From Candidatus Margulisiibacteriota bacterium (GTDB taxonomy: Bacteria > Margulisbacteria > Termititenacia > Termititenacales > Termititenacaceae), in contig JAIRZV010000033.1 in assembly GCA_031267055.1 (NCBI GenBank), positions 1-55,238 on the forward strand: a stretch of 55,238 nt of DNA, given 5' to 3'. The translations under genes were made by a program, and so were the position numbers. The first letter of the stretch is position 1. Each line of letters begins with the position of its first letter. Below, in pieces: positions 10,701-22,700 of this stretch. The notes beneath the pieces are model-generated. The model ran no database searches, was not told the DNA's origin, and was given only the letters and a program-made list of their open reading frames with translations.

Positions 10701-13700
10701 TATATTCCTAATCCGGATCCCAAGTCTTATGATATGTTTGGCTGGAGTGTTTTGACCGGCATCAATCTCAACGGCGACAGTTTCGATCGCGTCAAGACTT
10801 TCAACGGTATCAGCGAGACCAGAAATATTCAGATCAGCGATCTATTGATCGGGGCTCCGGGCGTCGAGCAACAAAAAGGCAAAGTGTATATCTATACCGG
10901 CAAGCGGCCTGTGGCAGCCAATCAGGCGGTCTACGGCGTCGACCTGCAGAATAAAAGCGTATCAGGCGGAGAACCAGGCGAGAAATTTGGCTCCAGTCTG
11001 GCCAATCTGGGCGATATCTCGGCGGACGACAATAAAGGCTACGGTAGTAAAGCCAACAATCTGGTCGGGCAGGATTTTGTGGTCGGCGCGCCCGGCTACA
11101 AAAATATGTCCGGCGCGGCCTATCTTTTTGTCTCGCGACCGGAGCAGGGCAACGACATTAATATTAACAAAGAGCTGACGGTTTACGGCCAAAAACCCGG
11201 GGATCAATTTGGCTATACAGTGGCCAATGTTGGTAGTATCGACAATGATCCTATGGGCAACAATGATTTTGCGGTCGGCGCGCCGTATTATGATGAGATC
11301 AACAGATTTGACGAAGACGGCGAAGTGACCTCATCGGTCTCGCTGACTCCCAATGTGGGACGGGTGTATATTTTTGGCACCTCTCTGGAGAACACTGGCT
11401 CAGAGGAAAATCCGGATTATGTTTTGAAAACCTCGGTTTATCCGTCTCAAGTTGCCACCGGTAAACAAGCCAACGCGTTTTTCGGCGCCGCGATCTCCAG
11501 TCTGGGCGATATCGATCAGGATTTCAGCCCCGAATATTTGGTCGGCGCGCCGGGTTACGAGATAGTTGACACCACCAGCACGCTCAATACGCGCAGCAAT
11601 ATCGGCCGCGTTTATTTTTACACCAATCCGGACACGAAATCGCCGATCGTGTTTGGCCCCATGGAAAATGTCTATACTTTCCCGATACCGGGCGCCCCCA
11701 ACGTAGACTTGTTTACCAAGACTCCTGTTTTTGACAGCGCCGGCCATATGACGAACCGGCCCAAAATAAACTACAATGAGCCGCTGCGTTTCCGCGTTTT
11801 TGATGATCGCGCGGTCAAGCTGGATTCGGTGATGGTGGAGCTGAGACCGGAAGGCAAAAATCATGTCTCCCGCTATACTTTTGTGCCGTCGCAGACCGGC
11901 CGGAAATACTACACGTATGTCAACCGGAAAAATGTGGATTTCTTCTTAAATCTGGGCGCGGATTTTTATTACGAGACAACTTACAATCTGCGCATTTACG
12001 CCACAGACCAGAAAGGCAATGCTCTGGATTATAATTATGAGCCGTCAAGCAATGCAAATGCTCGTTATAACGGCTATATTTATGATCGCTTTGGCAGCGG
12101 CACAATAGGCGGCTTTAATGTACAGAGAGTGCCGTGGGCGATGGCCGATCTGGGTACGGGTGACCAGGATGCTGCCCGCACGATCTCTGAAAGAAGCCAA
12201 TATGTCCTGCCGTATTTTGAGTATTCTTTCATCACCGGAACAAATCCGACCGGCGAGCCGGAGCCGGATCAATTTGAGTTGTGGACGACATGGCGTCCGA
12301 CAGGTTCAGCGGGCAGCCAGGACACGAATGGTTTCTACGAGCCAACCGATAATATCCTGGACTATTTTGTTACACGCGCCAGTTTGTATTTGAAGCTGAA
12401 ATCCGCAAGTGACGGGGAAATATCCTCTTACAATATCTTGGCCATACCGGCTGGTGCTGTAACCAGTGCTGAAGAAGGAATTTCTTTCAATGTAATACGG
12501 TCTGTCGTGACCACCAATAAGATAAATTATGAAAGTGTTGGGTCTAATGATAAGCGTCGTTTAGTATTTGGTGAAAAAGGTACAGCCGGAATGGAAATCA
12601 CGGTCACTATGAATGAAGACGGCATTTTCACGCTCGGTGTCTGGGCCAGCGATGTCTCCGGCAATAGTATGCCTGAGCCCAGACTGCGCACTTTTGTCCA
12701 CGATGAATATCCGCCCAAGATCGTCACCGGACTGTTTTTTGAGACGCAGGTCAGCGGCAGTGTGACGACCGTGACCACAGTGAATTATCTGCCGGCCGCC
12801 GGCAGCACACACAATGCCGATGACTGCGCGATCAATTTCGCGATCGTGGATAAGGGCGCGGGTCTGGATGTTGTTTCCACCAACGGCGCGATCGATCTCG
12901 ATAAATTTCAGATCTATCTCAGCTTCGGCAGAGATACCACTACCAATTACAACCTCGACACCGTCATCACGGTCACGATCAACGTAGCTACTTTGAATAC
13001 CGCCGGAGAGACCGAGTATGTCGACATATCATCCACCATGAATTTCTGGAAACTGATCACGGAAAATCTGACCGTCAACGCCAGACATATGGATTATCCG
13101 GACGGCAGCAATAGCGCCAAGCCGACCACGCTATCGATAGGCATCTTGGAGCAAAAATTTACGTATCTGGACTGGGTGAATATCCTGGTCAAGGCCACCG
13201 ACAATGCCGGTCACGGGGACACCATAACTTACTCGTATCGGGTGTCGCCGGACTATCGTCCGCCGCAGGTCACTTATGGCCAGCCGCCGCTGATCAATGA
13301 AGGCGAGTATACCTGGGGTCAGCTGACTATCTCGCTCAACGCTTATGATGATGTGAATGTCGCTTATCTGGTTTTTACCGTGGCGGAAGATGATAACGCT
13401 GTGCCGTCCATCTGGAATACCGCGCTTTTGGCAGCGACAAATAATAATGGTTTTGTCCTGCCTATACCTAACCCGATAGTACAGTCCCGGTCTATAACAC
13501 TGCCGGTCACATGGAGCGTATTTGTCAGCAGCAGTATGCAGACGTCGACCGATGCAGTGACTAGTGAGATAATAACCTACAATTTAGTGGAGTATATCCG
13601 TGTCACCGAGTCGGCCAAAGATTATTCCGGCCTCGCGAGGCTGGAGTTGAGGCCGAGTGATACCGCGCGCGCCAATCCGCCGGATGGCCTGTACCATATC

Positions 13701-16700
13701 CTGGTGGCTTTTGAGGACGAGCAACACAATCGCAGCGACTGGACGACCTGCTCGATCATACTCGACGCTGAGTCGGAAACCGGCGGTCCGGTCATGCCGA
13801 TCGTCCGTGTGAATTATCACGTGGACTCTCCTACACCCAACAATGTCGATGTGACCGGCCTCAATATTCCCCATGCGCAAAATATGCCGCTGTATTTCAG
13901 CAAAGACACCAGCGTGGTCGATCTTTATGTTTATGCCAAAGACACGATCGTGAGCCCGCAGCCGGACGCGATGCCGAGCGGCTGGCTGATCGGCGATGAT
14001 ACCGCTGATGGCCGGCCTCTGGGTGTGGTGGTCTCCGTCTATTCACCCAACGGCAATCGGGACACCAGCGGCAATGCCATCACGGTCTGGCGTCCCCGCG
14101 GGACCGACGGGAAAAGAGCATCCTCCGATATACTGCTAAACTACCGCACGCAGATCGAGGCGAGAGACGTTAATTATTCCGGCTATATGATGCGCAAGAT
14201 CCCGGCTTTTGATCTGTCCGACTATGTGACAAACAACGAGCTAGGCGAGGTCATAGACCTTTATGTTAATTTTGCGGATAACGACATGTTTCTGCCGAAA
14301 ACATTTTTGGAAACTGGTAGGATTGATCCCAGCGATGGGAATAGTGATCTCTGGAGTGACTATTTATTTACCGCGGCGGATGCCAAACAGACAATAATAA
14401 ACGCGCGCTATCCGACCGTTTCCTACTATGATGATAAATATGACCTAGAGAGTAGTACGGGCATATTCAATTATCATCCTTTTAATTATCTGAATGGTCT
14501 GGTGGATGCCCCCATCTGGGATAGCAAAGGCGTCACCTCAAGTGTTCAGCGTAAAGATGTGATATCTGCGGCCAATGCTTTCGGTCGGGAGTCAACCTTA
14601 TCACGAAATGTGACAGCCAATTTTTCGGAAGCGCCGGCGCATATCCGCCTGTACTACGATAATACTCTGCCGGAATTAACCGATCTGCTGGCGCTGGGCG
14701 GTACCGCCGGCGGCCAGGAATATAGCGCCAGGTCTTACAGCCAAAATAAAGGCTACCTGCGGTTTAGCGCCAAATACCGCGACCGTATTTCAACCAATCT
14801 GATGTCCATGCCTCTGGAAGTGCATAAACTGTACTATCAGATCTTGGCGGTGACCGCCAGCGGTGAGGACACGATGGTCTGGGTGGACACCAAAGGCGAT
14901 AGCTATTTTAAAGACCGGCAAAAAAAGGTGGGTAGTAGCGCTGACGGCTACTGGCGCAGCGGCTCTTATCGCTCGTATGACGACAGCGGACTGGATGCCG
15001 GTCAATGGATCTATCTGACCAGCCCGACCAACAATAAATTGGATAGGGATCCGGGAAATACCACGCTGAGTACAGCGTTGTATAAATATTTGAAAGACGC
15101 CCGCAACCACAATAAAAATGATCTTTCCTACGTGGAAAATGAAGAAAACTGGGTTACTATTAATGAAGGATACAACAGCTGGTTGACTAATCCTGAGAGT
15201 AGCCCGAATATTAATTATGATATTCCCTCACCGAAACAGAGGACAAATTTGACCCCCGAGGAAGAGGCTAGCCTCGAAGCCGCGCGATACAAAGCCATCC
15301 TGACGGTCAAGGACGCGGACGGTCAGGACATCACAGTCAGCGCCAATAAGTTTGCCACGGAAAATCTGACCGCCAGATATATGGTGTCCGCCAATCTGAG
15401 CCTGTGGTCGGTGCTGGATATTTCGGATGACAAACTGCGGGAAGGTTCCGCCTATAATAACTGGGAGACTCTGTCCCCGGTGGAGATCCCCGTCAGTCTG
15501 GACGTTGGCGTGATGTATTTCCTGCGAGTGGCCGCGCGGGATCAGGCTGGCAATTTCTCCAAGATCGCGATCAGCAATCCGGTCTATATTGACAACACCA
15601 TACCCAATGAACCCTCTTATAATTATATGGACGGCATAGTCTTAAATAGAAATAGATTTGATATTGATTTTTCGGATAATTATTCCGGTATCTACAATCT
15701 GCGTCTCAGCAAAGGCGACGACACTATCGAACCGATCTATCTGGATAATCAGGCGGTGACAAAAGAATTACTGCGGGAATGGCGTGATATCACCACGACC
15801 GACCGACCTGATGATGTCTCGAGCGACCGCACGTTTGATTACAAACAGCAGGTGCTGAACAATTGGAAAGTCAAACCCGATATCTGGGACAAGCTGGCGG
15901 AGGGTGAAAAAACGAAATTCTATTTCTATCTGGAGGACGCGGTCGGTTTGTCTTACTCTACGATCGGCAACAAAGGCCCGGAGTTCTCTTTTGTCCGGGA
16001 CACTCTGGCGCCGACCTTTGATCCGTCTTGGGATAGCTCGCCCAACGGCGTGGTGTCTATAGTGGATGAAACGAGCAAAAATATTCACTACTATACCCAG
16101 GACGAGACCTTGGGGCTCAATGTGAAGCCCCTGGAAGCGCATCTCATCGCGGTCACGGATCTGGCCTCTGATTGGGTGGTGGCCACCAGCAATACGGATC
16201 CGCGGGATCCGCGGCGCATTGATCCTACGCTGGGTTATTTTGAAGATGAGTACCACGCTTACGACGATCTGCGCCATATCCAGGATTTTAGTTTTGAATG
16301 GGAAGGCGATCATGAGATCCGCAAGCCCTGGTATGTGCAGCTCTCTAAGGCTATGGAAAGAACCTATAAATCGAATATAGATTTCGGAAATACCCAGTTA
16401 ACCAGACCGGTCGAGGACACGCGCTCGACGATCAATATCGCTTTCTTGTCCGCTCGGACAGCCGCCAAAAACGATGTGGATATGTTCGAGGACATAGCCG
16501 CCATAGGCTCCAACGGCAATTATGCGCTGGCCGTGCATTTTGACATTGATCACCACAAAGATTATCTGGGAGACGGCAGTTATGACAAGTGGGAAGAGTA
16601 CACCTGGGGCGGCGTCTTCGCCACGTTTAATGCCGGCATAGACAATGACCGCCGGGATGCCACCTACAACTATACGATCGGTGTCATGCTCAATGCGGAA

Positions 16701-19700
16701 AAAATCGACACGTATGCCGAGCCACGTAGTCTGATCGCCGATGAGGACTCAGAAACGCCAAAAAAATATTTCGGTTATTTTGGCCTGGTCGTCGAGACCG
16801 GTGGTCGGAGAAAAGTGGCGGATCAAAGAGTGCACAGTACCCGGGATGGCGAAAATTGGAATACCTGGAAGTTGTTGACCACCAATGTGGTCGTATCGCG
16901 CGATGCCGTCGATAAAACAGTCACGATCAGTATCCGCCATTTGAATGCCTTAGAACATGAAATTCCCGATGTTGATAATGGCAGCACCAAGACCAAGACC
17001 GTATCCGCAAATATGCCGTATGTCATCAAGCTGGTGCCGGCCGCGCAGCTGCACGGTACCCTGCTGATCGACTCGCTGTATGTGCTGCCCGGCGTGAATG
17101 TGACGCCGCATCTCGTGGCTTCTGTCAGTCAAAACGCCAATGGCTACGATTTTGAGCTGAGCACCGAGCAGAAACTAAATGTGTACACTATTTTGGCCTA
17201 TGATCGGGTCGGCAATCTGGCGGTACAAAACCCGGAGCTGCTCCGCGACAACACCAAGCCTACCTGGAGCTATACCGACAGCCTGGAAGACTGGGTGGAC
17301 GAGCCGCTGAATCGAGTGATCACCAGTAATGAACGTGGCAGCGGAGTTGTTGAGGGTATACAGGCAGGAAAACGTTTTATTGCTTACTATCATATACCGC
17401 CGAGAAATGTCCCGGGCAAAGAAATAAATAGCTTATCAGTGCCAGAATACAGAAAAGCGCAGTTGCGGCGCAATGAGCTGGAAGATAAGGGTCTGCTTGT
17501 TTCGGCCAACGGTGAGGTGACGCGTAATTCTCTGCCGGGCGGTCGGCTTTACAGCAATGCTATGGAGGAATTCTATGACGCGGCTGGCAAAGAAATATAT
17601 GACGCCAATGGCAAACCGATGCTCGGCAGCGGCTACATCGCCGGTTTTTTCCAGGCGGTGGAAGACGATGGTATGCCGATACGCATGTACAACTATGAGA
17701 TCGTTGAGGCTACCTCGAGCACCAAGGATGTCACCGGGGAACATATCTGGGAATATAATCAGGTCCGGGATCAAGGTTATGGGTTGCCCAGCAACCGAGA
17801 TAAGGTTAATAGCCGCAGATATCCGACGGAGATCGATACTTCTGCCGCGGGGATCTCCTCAGCCGGCTCTTACAAGCTCAGGGTGCAGGCGGAAAATCTA
17901 TTTGGCGTGACATCTGATTGGGTGGAGACCGAGCCGATCTGGTATGATCTGGACGCGCCGACTATTTCGATCGAGATCGAGCCCAGCGTGGGTGAATATA
18001 TACAGGTAGCAACTGGCGACTATGCCTATGTAATGGCAGGGAATACTTATAATACCCAAGATGGGCCTACTAGAGCGATAGAGGATATGTATGTGCCGTC
18101 GGAGAACGGCGGGTATATTCTGCAGCCCTCCGGCTGGTACAGAGACTCGATCAATATCACGGTCAACGCTGTGGATATCCTGCGTTTTGGCAAGGGCGAG
18201 CTGGGCGCGGATGTCTATACTATCGGCGGTGTGGGCGTGGGGCAGATCCATGTGGTTACCAATAATCATGGTTATAATCCTGCCAACCATTCTTACGATT
18301 CCTATGTATTTCAAGGCGAGAATAATAACTTAGACGGCTACTGGGGAACTGCGAATAACACCACGCTGAACAAAGTGATCACTTTCAATCTGACCGCTGA
18401 GGGAGCCAATTCTTTCAAAGTGTGGGCTGTGGATAAGTTTGGCCGCTCCACCCCCTGGATAGAGAAAAATTTCGATTTGAATATCGACAGAAAGCCCCCG
18501 GTGCTCAAGGTGTATCAAGGTGGACAAACCCAAACCACTGAAATCTTGGACCCCGAGAAAAACACTTTATCTACATACTGGAGCAGCGCCAATGTAGGCA
18601 TTGGTTTTGCGGTCGACTATTCGGACGGCCTGGGCGTCGGCACCAAAGAGCTGCATTGGTGGGTCAACAATGAGAAGCAGACATCGATCGCGCTGAGTTC
18701 TATACCTGCGTACGGCGTGACCAGTTCGATCCCGTATTATCCGCGCGGCACAACAGAGTCGACGACGATGGTTCCGAGAGAAGGCGTAGTGGGCGGCTTT
18801 GTGCCTAAGGATTATAGCCCAAACAATGATGATAGGTTTCCTCCTCTGGTTTTGAATGATGCGGAGCGTAAACAGCTGAGAGATGCCGGCATATTGGATT
18901 CTGTAATGAGTGACCAGTATGACCATTATGAATGGCAGAAGGATAGTGTTTACACCGAGGCCGAATTGATCGCGAAATTAAATGAGATAGCGTTTGTCGA
19001 TAAACAAAAAATTATCGATGCCTGGAGATACTCTACTAAGCAAACGGGTAGCGGTGAGCGTGGACTGCATTATCACACTATAGACAGCGAAGCTTTTTCG
19101 CTGTTGGACGATGGTTATTTTATGGTGTCCGTGAATGTCGTGGATAAATTTGGCAATGTTTCCAACACGGGCAATTTCGGCTATGTGCTCAAAGACACAG
19201 GCAAGCCGGATATTCAGGTAAATCTGGGCGGTAGTTTCCAGAGCGAGTGGTATGTCGGTGGTGAACCCTACGATGACTATGCCAAAACCGGAGGCGGTCC
19301 GCTCGACGAGCTGACGGGAGACCATATGTATCACGAAGGTATTCTATTCAGGGCACAGGTCGGCGATATGTTCAATAACAATGTGCTGGTCACGCGGTCT
19401 TACTATCCGAACGAGAAGATTACGATACCGGATTATTATGACAATATTAAAGTGCGCACACCTGGTTCTGGCGTGAGAAAAGTGCAGGTTTGGATCAACA
19501 AAGAGGAGCCACTGTCTATAGAGATTGATGAGGGGAATATGAATCAGTGGCCGTCGCTTGCGTCGACCCGTTTTGGTTTCTCGATCAATAAATATTATGG
19601 AGAGAGCAATATAGCGGCTGATGATTTTGCATCGAAAAACTTTGTTATCAAGAACAACGGCATCAATATGATCAAGTACATGGTCGAGGATTTTGCCGGC

Positions 19701-22700
19701 AATGCGGTGTGGCCGTATGAGGATGATGTAACAAAGAGACAATGGAATGAGGTCCTGGGCTCATGGGTCTATCCGAGCGATAAAAACGTGATCCGCGGTA
19801 TCAAAGTGGATACACGACCGCCACGTGATGTAGAGCTAAAGATCATCACCAATAACAATAGAGAGGCTGAAGGCACCACGTGGACTTTCTATAATAGCGC
19901 TTACACCGACACGCGACCGGATGAGGATAACTATCCGTTGTACACCAAATGGCAGAATGTGCCGGTGCGTTTCTCCGGCAAAGACGACGGTATCGGCGTA
20001 TGGTATGCTTATTTCAGCGCTTCGGAGAACGCCCTGTCTGTGTCTTGTGATCAGGGTGTGACTAACTCTATGGATACCGACGATCAATATGTGAAGACGG
20101 ATTCCTGGGAGAATATTGCCAAGCTTAGCAAGGGTGGGAATGGGTTCAATGAAGACCCTGGTTTCAAATATGCGACGAAAGCCGTGGGCGGTGAACAGGG
20201 CATTTTGGACTACGCCAGTTACCGCATAGTCCAGATGGGCGAAATACAGGGCACGCGCAATCTTACGCTGCGTATGGCTGATTTTTTTGGTCAGAATTAT
20301 ACTGTGCCGCGCTCGTCTATAGAGGAAGTGTCGGCGACTTTCAATTACAGCGATCCGGATTTCGCGACCGCCAATTATCTTTCCGTGTCAGCGTTAAGTA
20401 AGGGGCTTTATGATGCGGTAAGCAATAACATGGGCGGTTATACTGTGAAGTTTGTCGAAAATGATGTCTCAGGAAACGAAATTCATCAATTTATCAGCGG
20501 CGGTTTTTATGATATGCCGACTAAAAATAGAGAAGTCAAAGATACGGTTAATAGTGGTAATATGGTAGATGGTTTGGACAAGTGGGGCGGATACACTATT
20601 AAGACCACGACTATCAGCGCCGGCGTAGTCGACGGCAAAGAGATCATAAATGAGCTGACAGTCTATCTGTGGGATATGGAAGTCGACGGTCGCGAGGATC
20701 ATCGTACGGCTACAGTCACGGCGGATAGACAGATCGTTCTTGACAATAAAATTTACCCTTCAGCCATAATGCCCGTGACGCTGCCGATCAAAGATCTGAA
20801 TTACGGGTCGGGCCAATGGCAGGAGCTGCAGAAAGATGAGGCGGTGGCAAACGGTCTGTGGACCAGCCAGGCCGAGCTGAAGGTGGAGTATGTGCATGAT
20901 GAGGGAGACGAATTAAGCGGTATCACGCATATCATGTTCGGCGGCGATATTGTGTCTGTGCGCTTCCTGGGCACGGGTAATGTCACGACGACTGAAAGCT
21001 ATAAGCCCGGCGAGTGGGTGCCGTATGTTTACAGAAGTGCGGGCCTGACCAATAATTATATCGTGACGCTGAGAGATCTGCTGATCGAGGGTACGCGCAA
21101 TGTTTCTATCATCGGTGTGCGCGACCGCGCTGACAATCAACTGGTCTCTAGAGATGTACATAACGTCACTGTGGACATGCATTCCGTGGAGTTCTACTAT
21201 GATGTCGGTATGCCCAGAGATGTGACAAACCGCTATCTCATCAAAAATCAGCACGGCACTGTTTTGAACAACAAATACTATGTCGGTGTGCCGACGTACA
21301 ATCTGGAGCTCGATTTCAACGGCGCGGCTTATTATGATATTTTGGAATACTCAAAAGAGACGAGCTATACGTCTGTGAGGTCTAACAATTATGCTGATAT
21401 TAGTGCGGATACCCCTGGATTGCCGCGGGTAGATGGCAAACCGGATTTCTGGGTGGCTATTAACGATATTGCCATGAAAGAAAACAAAGGCGACGGCGAG
21501 AAAACCCTGGTCATCAGATTGTTTGACCGCGGCACTAAGGATATGACCGAACAAAATATGCTGACGATCACTTACAATCACTGGGTGGATAACACTCCGC
21601 CGACGCTGAGCATTACCGGTCTGGAGGATAAAGACAGCAAATGGTATACGCCAAATAAGGATTTCAATCTGCACGTGGTGGACGACGGCGCGGGTATTGC
21701 TTCGGTCGTCTATCAGATCAGGAATGACGATACTAAAACTGTGGACACGGTGACCAGGAACTATGCTTTTGATAGCGGCGAGCGTTACCCGAAAGCCACC
21801 TCGCTCAACTATATCAAGATAGCGCGCAGTGGTAAAAACCAGATCGATCTGCGGGTCGAGGACGGTGTCGGTAATATCACGATTTATAATGTCGACGGCA
21901 TCAAGGTCAACACCAATCCGCCGGTCATTAGCGAGGTCAGCCCGCTGCAAGGCGCGTTGTCAGGCAACGTGATCTACACCAATCAAAAAGCGCTGCCGTT
22001 GCGAGTGTCCGGCACAGGCATCGATTATCTACAGTTCGAGGTGAACACCCCGGTTACCTACAACAAAACGGCGCAAGTGTCCCGGAATGCCAACAATGGT
22101 TACGCCGTGACTGTTACGGAACAGGGAGTTAGTGGCGACGGTATGTACACGCTGGATATTTTGGCTTACGACAAACTGTATGAGCGTTACGGCACAAGTG
22201 GCGCTTTTTATGCGACCGCGTCCTATACGGTGCTCCTTGATCGCCAGCCTCCGGCATTCTCGATAGAGACCGGGTCGACCGGACGGATTACGGTTGTGGA
22301 TGACTCCAAAGTGATCAGCGGCCGGATCAGCTTACAAGGTGTCAGCGACCTACAGTCGCCGGTGCAGGTGTTCTATATGATCAATAACACGGGCAGCCAG
22401 GCCTGGCCGGCACATATTTCCGGTGTTTCCAGCGATGTCTGGACGATTTACATCCGCGATGTGATCGAACAGTCCGGACGCAGCAACGGCAGCTACAGTC
22501 TGCGTATCTACGCTCAGGATCTGGCCGGCAATATGAGCGCCACGAGCGACGTCTCCAGTGATCCGTACAAGACAGCCGCTTTCAATGTACCGGACGGCTA
22601 TATCATGGCGCCGCGCGGTATGGTGATCCGCGGTCTGGATATCGGCGCCTCGGCCAATCTCAATGAGCAGCAGCAGGCTATGCAAATGGCCAGCAGCAAA